From contig NIVC01001561.1 in NCBI GenBank assembly GCA_002269645.1, positions 124,001-188,000 of the forward strand: a DNA stretch of 64,000 nt. The letters are read 5' to 3'. The stretch's first letter is position 1; each line of letters begins with the position of its first letter. A program made the translations under genes and the position numbers. This document shows, in pieces, positions 1-11,308 of this stretch. The DNA comes from Macrostomum lignano. Taxonomy: Eukaryota. The notes under the pieces were generated by a model. That model was given only the letters and a program-made list of their open reading frames with translations, ran no database searches and was not told the origin of the DNA.

Positions 1-311
1 CTCAGCCAACGTCTCTGACTTGACCTTGGCAACGGCGTCCAGTTCGGTCCAACGCCAGCGCAGCTTGTCCATGGATTCAACGTAGGGCGTCATTGGCGAC
101 AGGCCGCGAAGCGAACCGTTGCTGAACGAGCCGGTGTCGCTGCGCTCCCGACAGCCGCTGGAGGAGTCGCGACGCCTCCGCTGGGTGACGCGGAAGTACT
201 TCTGCATGTGCAGCAGGGCCAAGTTGAGGGCGTCGCGTAATTCAGCGCACTCAGCAGTCTCGTCCATCTTCAGCAGGAACTGGTGAATGTAGGCCGCGGC
301 TTTCTGGAAAT
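1..311 (-). CDS. Internal exon of an unidentified gene that continues off the left edge; possibly a spectrin-repeat-like helical protein
   Basis: Acceptor ...ttcatgcag at 312-314 on the minus strand, then a stop-free GC3-rich frame (D)FQKAAAYIHQFLLKMDETAECAELRDALNLALLHMQKYFRVTQ...SMDKLRWRWTELDAVAKVKSETLAE. The L..RW..L pattern recalls spectrin-repeat helix C (weak inference). Confidence 0.6.
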
Positions 312-410
312 CTGCATGAAAGGAATTGACAGATGAGTGAGATATGCACCCGTCGAGTTTGCGTGTCAATATACATTTTCAACATTTTTCTACTCTTTCG
401 AAAGCATTTC

Positions 411-595
411 GGGGTCACCAAACACCCTCAATCACCCCAGCTAATGCTGGCACCCATTTTACAGCTGGGTGGACTGAAGCAGTGCAGAGTTAAGTGGCTT
501 GCTCAAGAACACAAATTGTTCTGAGTGGGTCGAGAATCGAACCCCCGACCTTTCAGTCGTAAGTCCGACGCTCTATCCACTAGGCTACAACCCCC
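411..595 (-). mobile_element. tRNA-derived CORE-type SINE, copy 1
   Basis: Minus strand gives a tRNA-like head (A box TAGCCTAGTGG, B box GGTTCGATTC) with an imperfect anticodon arm, followed by TGTGTTCTTGAGCAAG..ACTT...CAGCTGTAAAATGGG, which resembles the MIR/CORE domain. A second copy lies at 11164-11308. Confidence 0.75.
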
Positions 596-3500
596 ACTTA
601 GGCAACCCCCCAACTTACAAGTTGGAACTTAGGAGTCAGTCTTAAGACGCAGTTCGTAAAACACCCCCCCTGGGCAAGCATGCCACATCTCCGTTCTATC
701 TTGATGGATTCAAATGTAATTTGTGTATTAATCTTTGCACAAGCGTATGTGTTCCTTCGGTGACTATGGAGAAGAAAGTACGACAGACACTGAAGAAACA
801 GATCCAGATCGTATTTAATCTGCAGATATTTTGAGGCAAAGGGTAGACAGAGAGCCCCATCGGCAATGGACACATAATTAGAACAGGTAAATATAATACT
901 ATTTTATACCGCTATTTCAGTTTTTAACATGAAAGAAGTGGATATTAACTTTAACTGGCAGGAAACCTATAACAAGAAAAATGTGTAAGAGACGCTATAA
1001 AGACTTGGCGTGGTCTCCGATAACCAATTAGATGAAAAAATCAATTCAGCCGCTCTATCACTAAATATGCGGGTCTCCATCATCGGTGAAAACAACAGGG
1101 TCGATATCGTCTTTAAAATTACTTCGACCGAAATTCTCGGCAGCGTATTCATTGAAACTGTCTTTTTAATGTTCCATTTCGAGAATTCTCGCTTCTGATT
1201 TAGTTCCTAGGCCTTGTTTTGTATCCTCAGGCATGGACTTCCATACTTGTATCAATCAACCATAATTAATCAACCATATTGTACATGTCTAACTTGCATT
1301 TACAAATGCGTATACTTCTGGGACTTCAGAACTTAAATTTAAAGAATAGGCGTTTATTTCAACTTTTAATGGAAATAAAAGGTAGTTTTATATATATTAA
1401 ACTGATTTCTCTGCTCGCAGAATTCAGAAAAATGGCTAAAAGCATCTTAAAAAGTATGGTCTTGTTCCTGCCCCTACCATTTATTTGAAACAATATTTGG
1501 TTTAATGTAGGCAGTAGCCGCAGTACCATGCAGTCTGTCGACTGCAATCTGTCGACTGCAATAAAATAAAATTGGTTTATCGATTAATCTATTATTAGCC
1601 TATCTACAAACTGTTAATCTATGAATGCCTCTGTCAGTGTGCAAGCTCTTGAGATTGTACTTTTGGAACAAAATCCCAGAGATACAACAAAAGCCGGAGC
1701 AAGTTCCCATCTAGAGGCTTTGCATAATTCGAAATTTTAGTTTCCCTAAAGAGCAAGTGAAGGTTTTTATTCACTTAATAAAAAATTGTCTTTACTTAAA
1801 TGTGTGTTTTCGTAGAAAAATCTCAACGAAACAAAGAACATATTTAGCTGACAGAAGATAGAGAAATTACCTTTTCTTTTAACAGTCATGCTTCCGAAAT
1901 AAACAGTTCAAAATGAGATTTATAATTTTGCTTTTGTAGTTTAACTGCTCAGTCATACAAAATGGAAACCAACAATCAATATTTAAAGGGTAAACTCCAT
2001 TGTCATCTTATGAATTGTAGTCACCATAGCTAGTGGATTTAACAAAAAGCAGTGTAAAAATGAAAGTTAAAAAGTCACAGACGCCACTATATCAGTAAAA
2101 CAAATGTTTTATATAAGAATCATTTTACCTCGTTCACACTAGCTCAGAGTTAATAAACCAAAACTAAAAGCAACGAAAATCCTGTAAAGACTACATTTTT
2201 ATTTCTTTACAAATGACTGAAATTATCTAGAAATTCTCGAAAGCATGCATGCAAATCGGGACCTGACCTCATCTCATGCCTGACCTGAGGCTTTTCATAT
2301 TATTACCAATTCCAGAATCAGAATCGGTTCGGATCTTCCAAGAAAAACAGCAGTATAACTATTTAATTCTGTTGAATGTTTGTCTGCCTTAACAGCCTCA
2401 CTTTGCACGATTTTCACTTCTTGGCGATTGTCATTCAATAATAAAAACTTTATAGCACGTATCTCCCTCTAGTTATGGAGACAAAAAGTTATACTTCACA
2501 AATTGGTTCTGGTTCTGGAACCAGAACAAGCAATATGAAAAGGCCCCCCTGATGGAAGGAAGGAAGGGTTAACCGGAATCCAATATATATGAGTAATTTA
2601 ATGTTCATACTTTACATATTTATAATATGATCAATTTTATAGGTTATATTTTCTAAGAATATATACTAAATGGGTTTGGTTAGGCCTACAAACTATCCTT
2701 GATGTCAAATTGCTTAAAAGTTAAAGTTAAAACTTAAAGTTTTAAATCTACCATCCAAAGTCCATAATAGGCATAGCATAGAACTTAGAAGTTAGGCCTA
2801 GGGTTTATTATTTAAAGAACCAATTTTAGTTCATAGGCCTAACAACTGTAAGCAGTTAACTATTTAGGAACTAGCCTTAGAACTATGTTAAAATGTTATA
2901 GACTCATATATGCATATTAATTAAGACTACCATAATAAGTTCTTAGACTTAGGTTTAGCTATTAAAGCTATTAAACTATTTATATCATGCGGTTATAAAT
3001 TATCATAGACAATATAATTAGTTATGTTAGCATTCAGTTATTTAAATAAATGTCTCTAAACAATAGGTTACTATAACCTATCAGTATAATATAGGTTATA
3101 TTATAATATAACAGTAGATATTATAAAACTTAGATCTAAAGTTCAAAGTATAATTAATAGCTTGATTCATAGAATATTGTCTATTATATTTTGGCCTAGG
3201 TCTATAGGGAATTAAACTGTTAGAATAAATTATTTTTTACTTTCAAGACTTTATTTTACTAATATTATCAAGGGCAAATCTAGGCAAGGCAAATAGGCCA
3301 TGGTCTCACCTTAGCCACAGCCAAAAAATATGCTAGGCCTAGGTCCATTCTCTAACATTCCGTTGTAGTGCTTGGTATAGCTTGCCCCCCCCCCTAAAAC
3401 TTTTCTGGATCTGCATTTGATATTATAATAGACAAGCTGTTGAAACCCGCGGATTTTGAACCTGGGGAATTCCAATCCCGGAACTACTTTTGCATGTATT

Positions 3501-3749
3501 CTGAAATCTAAGGCCATAAACAAACAAAAACTTGCTAATAGTTCGTAGGATAGAGGTAGACATAAAATGGAGCACATTCGTGTAAAATTAGGGTTTGAGG
3601 CAAACATTGATATTGTTGGCTGGGGTACTCCAAAGAATGCCAGGCAATGTCTGTCTGACTCTAAAACATGTATTGGCAAACTCTGGCCTCTCCCTGACTC
3701 TCCCGTCCCTATGTCCCTTGGATCCTTTAAAATTTCTATCGTCTCTTCT

Positions 3750-4525
3750 GTTTCCTTTCTTTCCTCTCCTCTCTCTCCCTGTCTCTCCTCTCTCCTCTAG
3801 TCTCTGTAATCTCTTCTCTCTTATCTCTCCTCTGTTCTCTGTACTCTCCCATCTCTCATCTGTTCATCTGCTCTCTCATCTGTCATCTTTACTCTCTTAT
3901 ATGTTCTATCACTTATCTCCTCTGTACTCTTCTCTTTCACCTCTTCTGACTCCTCTCTTTCCTTACTCCTCTCTTCTTTTCTTTTCCCTGTTCTATACTC
4001 TCTCTCCTCTATTATCTTCTCTTGTCTCTCTGCACTCTCCTCTCACCTTTTTCATCTCTCATCTTTACTCTCTCATCTCTCCTTTAATCTGTCTCATCTC
4101 TACTATCTCATCTCTACTATCTCATCTCTCCTTTCTCCCCTCTTCTTACACCCCTCTCTTATCTCTATCTCTTCTCTTCTCACTCCTCTCTCCCCCTCTT
4201 ATCTCCTCTCTTCTCTATCCTTTCTACTCTCTCCTCTCTAATCTCTCCTCTCCTCTTGACCCTCTTTCATCTTCTTTCTGCTCTCTCATCTCTACTCTCT
4301 TCTCACTCTTCTCTACTCTCCTCTCATCGATCCTCTGTCTCATCTCTCCCCTCTTCCCACCTTTACTCTTTCCTCTCCCTCCTTTCTCCCCTCCTCTTGC
4401 TTCTTCCTCCCTTCTTCTCTGCTCTCTGCTCACCACTTGTCTCTTCTCTTATCTTCCATGTTTTCTCTTATCCCCCTCTCGCCTCTCCTCTCTTCTAATA
4501 GTCTATTCCTTCTCCTTTCCTCTCT
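3750..4525. repeat. CT-rich low-complexity tract
   Basis: Degenerate (CT/CTCTC/TCATC)n; it explains the spurious Leu/Ser-rich ORF 3595-4752. Confidence 0.9.
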
Positions 4526-5230
4526 CATCTGGCCCGCACATAAGCTGGATTCTTTATCTGGCTTTTGAAGTAAAAGTCTGCCGATCCCTGCTTCGAAAGC
4601 CAGTTTGTGGGACGTACTACTCTCATCGTTGTTCTCATGCTTTGATCACGTCATCTTTCTTGCCAATTTGCAGCCCTGAAAGGAATTTGTGTATCTTCAG
4701 CTCCACTGCAGTCTGCATCAGTCTAACAACCAAGGAAATACGCATTTCTTAGGCCATTTAATTTCAAAGTACTTTTAAGAGAAACTTAAAATTTCCATGG
4801 TGTGCCTAATTTAGTAGGGTTGTTGTATTTCATTGCATCGCATCGCCTTTTCATAAATCTTTCGCTTTTACAAACCATGCTGGATTGCCTCGATTTGCCA
4901 ATTGCCATCCACTGTTAAACTGCTGCAGAGTTTGCCAATACAGAGGGGAGGGCAGTGGTTAGAATTTCTCACTAAACTGTTATGGCTAAACGTAGGCTCT
5001 CCACTCTCGGGGTGCAGAGAAGGCTATAAATAAAGTTATTCCAAAACACTGTACATTCGCTATGTACATTCAGTCCTATCGCCTGACCCTTCGTCTGGCT
5101 CTGGGGGAATGAGTGAGTGAGTGAGTGGCACAAACAACAGAAAAAGCAGACAAACTTCACATGCTTACAGTTTCTGTCCTGATTTAGATACAGAGTTGAG
5201 ACTTTACATGTAGGCAGAGAATGAGTCAAT

Positions 5231-5707
5231 AAAGAATTGTGTCAAATTTGAAGTCAATCGCTTCACGTGGAGCAAAACTGTGGCCGCCGAAAGTTAGGCA
5301 TTTTAAAACCTGATTCACACCCTTTGCCCAGATCGGGAAAGAGAGGCAGGCGGGCGGAGGTTGGGGTGGCTGCCTCGCTGAAAAAAACAGCCTAACTTTA
5401 AAAGTGCACAGCGGCTTTCAGGATTAACTTTGAGATTTGAAATTTTACACGATTGTGTCAAAATAGTTGAAAATTGCCTGTGTCAAATTTGAAGAGAATC
5501 GGTAGAAGTGGAGCGGCGCTATGGAGGATTTAGTGAAAAAATCGCGCATTTTGAGCAGTTTTTTGTACTTTTAGGTAGGAAGACTTGAGTCTAGGAAATT
5601 AAAAGGTAGCCTAAGACATTCTCCGTAGTGAGTTTAGGGTGGGTGTAAAGTTTGGTGTAATTTGGTTGAGTGGTTTGGGGTTTGGGAGCGATCAAAATTG
5701 TCCACAC

Positions 5708-5752
<45 letters not shown>

Positions 5753-5775
5753 GTTTTGATTTTTATAGGTAGAGA
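5231..5775 (-). mobile_element. Putative non-autonomous Helitron-like element (Lep1/HINE-type) containing a (GACA)n microsatellite
   Basis: The minus-strand start A|TCTCTACCTATAAAAATC is followed by (TCTG)n; GTGTCAAATTTGAAG occurs twice internally (~5239, ~5480). This layout resembles invertebrate non-autonomous Helitrons. A 3' CTRR/hairpin end was not found. Confidence 0.35.
5708..5750. repeat. (GACA)n microsatellite
   Basis: About 10 perfect GACA units. Confidence 0.95.
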
Positions 5776-6101
5776 TATAATCCTGATCATAATTCAGTTT
5801 ATCCTAAATTACCTTGATCTCTAAAAATGAAATCTCAATTCTATCTAGTCTCAAAAATGTTTGGATCTCATCCAACCTTGAGGAAAAGTTCAAAGGGGTC
5901 AAGGGTATAGCTTACCTTAAGGAAAACTTTGGACCTAGCCTTGTCTCATTTTATTGTGATCTAGGTTTCTTAAATATTGTATTGCTCTTGTATCTATGTT
6001 AGTGCTATGTTAATTGCACCTAATGAGCTAAGATGATATCTAGATTTAAAATATAGCCAACTAATTGCTACAGGGTTTCTCTCCATATTGTTATTTTCCA
6101 A

Positions 6102-6852
6102 GAATCGCCAGCAAGCAGCTGTCATCTGCCGTGTGCACTCTGTTGCACCAGCTTCAAATGGTGCCACCCGCCGTCTTATTCTGGCTGACACTGACGGCAA
6201 GTTGCTCACTTGCTATGTGCGCGACCGAGCTTTGCTGACTCGTCTGCTAGGAAATGACAGCTACAGTAGCGGTTACAGCTGGTGGCGCTGTTATCTGTCT
6301 GAATTTGCGCCTCAATTGTATGGCATGGACAGGGCCGAGCCTCTCTATTTCCAAGCTCCCTCAACCCCTGCTGGCCAGTCTTCCAACTCCAGCTTCTGCC
6401 CCTCATCTTCGTCGCGTTTTTTTTTGACACCCTCGATCGGCGTTGGCGGCGCGAGCAGCTACAGCAGCCTGTGCCTCCGCACGCCAGTTTGTGATGACGA
6501 ATTTGCCCAACTACCTGATGGCGCCTTTGAAACTTTGTCCGAGTCTCGATTTTTAGCCCTACCAGCTTCGGCGTTATTGGCGTCGCCGCCAGCGTCTCAG
6601 TCTCCTGCATCATCTTGGCCCTGCTCAACTCCGCGAATCCAATTGTCAGGCTCTGTGGCCAAGGCGGCTAATGCTGCTCCAAACTCTGCAGTCATCCATT
6701 CTGGTCTTGATCTGTTTGCCAACAATGTGGACGAGACAATAGAACAGGAAGCCGAAGCATCCAGGGACTCAAATGTGACAATTGTGACAGACAACCTGTC
6801 TGGCAACTGCCGCAGTGGACGCCGTTTCATGCCAGTCCCTGCTACACCTTAG
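6102..6852 (+). CDS. Probable terminal exon of an unidentified gene; N-terminal part OB-fold-like, followed by a Ser/Pro/Ala-rich tail
   Basis: 254-codon ORF. Acceptor-like gttattttccaag ends at 6101, stop TAG at 6850-6852, AATAAA at 7125-7130. The beta-rich segment AVICRVHSV..RRLILADTDGKLLTCYVRD.ALLTRLLG recalls RPA70C/CTC1/POT1-type OB folds (pattern impression only). Upstream exons not found. Confidence 0.4.
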
Positions 6853-8054
6853 CAAGCCGAAATTGTTGTTTTCGCATCGCTTGCATGGGAGTAGTTTAGT
6901 AACTCAGTAACCACACCCCTCTAGTCTTATTTCTTTACAGTATCGGCTTTCTGCAAAACTTTTTCCTGTGACAGTATTTAATTTATCCAGAATTTTGCTT
7001 GCTTCTGCTTCTACTAAAAGTAAAAAGTTGCGCGCATATAGTCTTCTAATTTTATTGAATACTAAATGTATTCGTACGAATATCTCGTGTCAAACGTGCT
7101 TGCATTATTTTCTTTTTGTGACAAAATAAATAGTTTTTTGTTTTAATTTTTTGTCCAGCATAAGCTCCTGCTTTATTTAATTTCGCATTAAATAATTCGC
7201 ATTCTGTAATCAAACTTAAACTTTGTAATTAAACTGTCTGTAATTAAACTGTAGTTAATGTATTCGGAGCTGCAAATTTGAATTAAAATATGTTAATAAT
7301 AACTTTTTTTGACTAGGATTAAATAAATGCACTATAATATTCGAATGCTTATCAGCCGTTGTGGCAAAGCAGATCGACATTAGCAGTGTAACTCATTTTT
7401 GTCAGTTGTCATTCTTTCGGCTTGTCATTTCCATGCGCTCGTATTCATATCAGAGCCCGGTTGCCAGCAGCAGCAGCTTCTCACTTGCAGGCACAGCTTG
7501 CGTGATGTCTGCTGAATCATTAATTGAAATCCACACTCACAGGATACGACTTGCAAGCCATTCACTTTGGCATTTAATTAAAATCTCAATTTAGCCTGGG
7601 ACTTCTTTTGCAGCTATGCCGTATGGATTTTTCAGTGGGGGAAACTGAGACCCTGTAGCTTAGATACATGATTCTCTTTTTTACGTGCTTGGCTTTGATT
7701 TATCAGCGTGCTAATTAGTTTTTCGATTCGACAAACAACACAAGATGTTGCATAAGCTTCATCTGCTGCTGTGGGCTTCTTTCTCAAACTGGGCACTAGC
7801 TAACATATGTGACAACTCTTCTGGCAGTTTACCGACTTCTTTAATTTAATTTCTAGTCCGCACTCAGCCTTTAGGGTCGCTCTTTTACAGTCTGCCGATT
7901 ATTACAGTTAATGTTTCTACGATTTTTCGTCTCGACTTTATAAACTGAATCGCAGCTAATCGTTTGCAACTTCACTTTTAGTAATTTTTGTTGTCACCTT
8001 GTCGAATGTAGAGGCAGGGGGTTGTGTGCACCCTGGCGCACTTCAAGCGAGATA

Positions 8055-8372
8055 GGCTCACAACCGGCGAGAGGCATTACTGCCCATTCCGCCGACTCCC
8101 CTGAGCAGGCACACAAGCGCGCGGATACGTACGCAGTCATACGCACAGGCACTCACACAGAAGTGCACAGCGGCCCTAACTTCATATTATCGTTAGGCAT
8201 GTACACTTCACTGCGCCTTGGGGGGGGGGGGTTGGCTCTCAAGGCCGTTAATTGCACGAGCAGAGCCAAGCCGATATTCCAATTCAGCCCCAAATTAATG
8301 TGACTGCACTTGGAATCGAGCCTGGGTCGCTGGCACACCAGAGCCTGCGCTAGACCGCTGGGCTACGGCCCC
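8055..8372 (-). mobile_element. tRNA-derived SINE family B, near full-length copy
   Basis: Minus-strand head GGGGCCGTAGCCCAGCGG...GGCTCGATTCC (A/B boxes). Body motifs CCATTCCGC(C/T)GAC and CGT(C/T)AGGCATGTACAC recur at 28319-28402 and 34930-35137. Confidence 0.6.
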
Positions 8373-8504
8373 CTGCGTTGCATTGTTTACATCGTAAATA
8401 AGACATTGTATTATACAGAATAAACGAAAAAATATATGAGTTGCTGCGATGCTCTGTTGCTCAAATAATGGAAGTGAAGAGACAACACGTTTGCTTGATT
8501 ACAG

Positions 8505-8510
8505 TTTATT
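8505..8510 (-). promoter_or_regulatory. Candidate polyadenylation signal of the peptide precursor gene
   Basis: AATAAA on the minus strand about 240 nt downstream of the stop codon. Confidence 0.45.
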
Positions 8511-8751
8511 TTTATCATTAAATCGTTTTAAAGTTTTTTTATATTCCGTTTTTTGAAAAGAATAGTTAGCCATGACTTCCGCGTAAATTAACTTTAAAGA
8601 AGTCTGATTTTAAGACCGAAAAACCTGAAATCGAATTTCAAGTACCAGTGTAGGTCAGTAGAATTTTTAAAGCCTTTAGTTAGCTAACCCTAAAACTCGT
8701 TGGAATCATCATGCTTCATGCTTCCAATCTACTTGAGTTAACAGTTAATTG

Positions 8752-9474
8752 CTAATAGTCATTCGTCGAGTCGCTGTCGTATTTCCACATTCCAGGCCAG
8801 TAGTAGGAACGCTTTCCAGATGACTCTCGGTTGAAGTTCCACATTCCAGGCCAGTAGTAGGACCGCTTTCCAGTTGACTCTCGGTTGAAGTTCCACATTC
8901 CAGGCCAGTAGTAGGACCGCTTTCCAGATGACTCTCGGTTGAAGTTCCACATTCCAGGCCAGTAGTAGGACCGCTTTCCAGTTGACTCTCGGTTGAAGTT
9001 CCACATTCCAGGCCAGTAGTAGGACCGCTTTCCAGATGACTCTCGGTTGAAGTTCCACATTCCAGGCCAGTAGTAGGACCGCTTTCCAGTTGACTCTCGG
9101 TTGAAGTTCCACATTCCAGGCCAGTAGTAGGAACGCTTTCCAGATGACTCTCGGTTGAAGTTCCACATTCCAGGCCAGTAGTAGGACCGCTTTCCAGATG
9201 ACTCTCGGTTGAAGTTCCACATTCCGGGCCAGTAGTAGCCCTTCTTGTCCAAATATTGGTTCGCTATTTGATTGCTGACTTCTCCTTCATCAGCTTCGTC
9301 ATCATCGGAAGCAGCAGGAACTGCCATTCCACAGTGTCCCAGTGCTACAATCAACAATCCCAGTATAAGGATGTGGTAGATGACTCTGGAAATGGATAAA
9401 AGTATAATTTCGTGTTAAACTTGTCAATAAAACAAAAAAAGAAAATGGAATATCCACTTTTACCCCTTATCCAT
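8752..9474 (-). CDS. Secreted multi-copy peptide (neuropeptide-type) precursor; exons 9464-9474 and 8752-9385
   Basis: ATG GAT AAG GG|gtaaaag..78-nt intron..ccag|A GTC ATC gives MDKGVIYHILILGLLIVALGHCGMA (signal-peptide-like). An acidic spacer and KK follow, then 8 x (G/S)YYWPGMWNFNRES(S/T)-G-KR and a final SYYWPGMWKYDSDSTNDY-stop. Dibasic convertase sites and Gly amide donors are the classic prohormone layout. Confidence 0.9.
8775..9240 (-). repeat. 54-bp coding tandem repeat (peptide units)
   Basis: 8 full units plus a partial ninth, nearly identical including synonymous sites. Confidence 0.95.
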
Positions 9475-9599
9475 AGTGGCTCAGTTATTATAAAGGCTGT
9501 TGCTGCTAGCTCTTGTTTCCAGTTGCTGGCTTACGCGCTCGCAATCTAGAGGTTTTGACTAGCTCATAAATGGAGGCGGGAATCGCACACCTAGGTCTC

Positions 9600-9605
9600 T
9601 TTATA
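9600..9605 (-). promoter_or_regulatory. Candidate TATA box of the peptide precursor gene
   Basis: GCTATAAAGAG on the minus strand about 130 nt upstream of the ATG. Confidence 0.3.
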
Positions 9606-11163
9606 GCTCTGCATTTTGTTTGCGAAGAGATGGGAAGAGAGAAACTAACTAGGTGGAAGAAATGTATTTACTATCAACCAATCGTGATCGTTCATAACTT
9701 TTCCCATGGCTAGACATTTATGGCTGATCATTTAGCTTTTTATCTTTAGGTTGTCCATACTATTCTGTAGTCGCAGACTTACGCGGCAATCGGGTCATGA
9801 TTGACAAAAAATAAAGCTTTTAGCTGGTTTCTTGACTAGCTACTTGGATAGTTTGTTTGGCGTGCTACATTTAAATAACGGTAATTATTTACGAGTGTCA
9901 AACAACCTATTACCACTAAAACTTCCGAACATAAAATACCTGGGTTAGGTTAACCAGACGTATCGTCCACATTCGAAGCGCTTGATAAACTGTTTCAATC
10001 GGTCGGTGTCGGCCAAGTCGGTATCATCACTCAGTTCGCATGATATATTAGTTAATAGACTACAGTGTACGATGTATTATTAATTAATACACGTATGTAT
10101 CATAATTCGAGCCAATACCCTAGCATATTTTGCATCTGTGAGCCTCATAAAATAGAAGTGTCTGTGACCGCTGTATTAGTAGGCTTTCTACTAGCTTAAG
10201 TAGAATAATAAAACAGAAGTCACAAAATATCACGTTGTATTCGGCAGGCAAACTTGGCAAGTCAGATTTAGCAAGCAAGCAGCACGCTGCCACAAGGCAA
10301 ACATCGCAACTCCCCTTTTGTGCGTCTTTTTAGTTTCATTATAAGACTTATGACAAGTCTGCCGCAATACCCTGGATAAGGTATAGCAGCAGCCGCGCTA
10401 GGGAGGCAAGCTAAGATAGGATTTGATCCGCCTTTCTTATTACTTTAGAGGAGGGTTTTAAGATAGCCATGATATAAAAGAGTAGATTGATAAACGGAGC
10501 CCCAGAAGAAACACCATAGATACCATTTTCTAATATTAGGCTTCAGTGTCCTCAGACAGTTGAATCGCATCCTGTGTGCTTTAAACACGCGCAAGCAGTC
10601 ATCAGGATATTGCCGAGCTGCATATAGAATATTGCAATACTCCCATCACAAGGCCTAATGTTTGCAGTCCACTCACGCCATCCGTCAGTTTGCATAGGCT
10701 GAAGGGAAGGATATATTTTAATATTCTCCGCAGCCCTTGGAGGACTAAACGTCAGTCCCTGAATCTGCGGTCAGTGGGTTGCCTTCGTTTTCGCTGTGCT
10801 CTGTCTACTCTGTATAGCTCACCCTGCTGAGAATTTGTAGCGAGAAGACAAAGCACTATTACATGCAACAGCACCTCATTGATCATTTGGGGTATTAAAT
10901 TTCTGGCCCCAATATTTTCAAATACATGATGCATACGCGACCATATGTATGGATTGTGGTTGACTTATTTCCAGCTGACCAGTTAGCGATACCTGTTACT
11001 TTCAGTGGCACTATATGAAAGATATGAGTAAAACCTAGAATGTCAACTTACAATGGGTGGGTGTCTGAAAAGTAGTGGGAATTTTCAACCTGACTTTTTA
11101 ACGTGAGATCCAATCCGCAGGCCAATCTCTGTGCACGAGTGCACGAGTAGTTGTTGGAGCCTA

Positions 11164-11308
11164 GGGTCGGGGGTTCGATTCTCGACCCACTCCGAACAAT
11201 TTGTGTTCTTGAGCAAGACACTTCGATCTGCATCACTTCAGCTCACCCAGCTGTAAAATGGGTGCCAGCATTAGCTGGGGTAGTTGAGGGTGTGTGTGGC
11301 GACCCCTA
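11164..11308 (+). mobile_element. tRNA-derived CORE-type SINE, copy 2 (5'-truncated)
   Basis: GGTCGGGGGTTCGATTCTCGACCCACTC...TTGAGCAAGACACTT...CAGCTGTAAAATGGGTGCCAGCATTAGCTGGGGT matches the reverse complement of 411-550. Confidence 0.75.

Noticed and set aside
524-595. Possible functional tRNA gene (TAC anticodon-like loop)
   Set aside because: The anticodon stem does not pair canonically and the sequence continues into a SINE body that is present again at 11164.
3311-4752. ORFs of 122 and 385 aa
   Set aside because: Dominated by CT low-complexity sequence; no recognisable domain.
8759-9220. 153-aa alternative-frame ORF (ELQPRVIWKAVLLLAWNV)n
   Set aside because: A shifted frame of the peptide repeat, lacking signal peptide and dibasic sites.
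10752-10934. 60-aa ORF with a hydrophobic stretch and basic residues (second peptide precursor?)
   Set aside because: No repeated peptide, no amidation signal, and the hydrophobic segment is not at the N-terminus.
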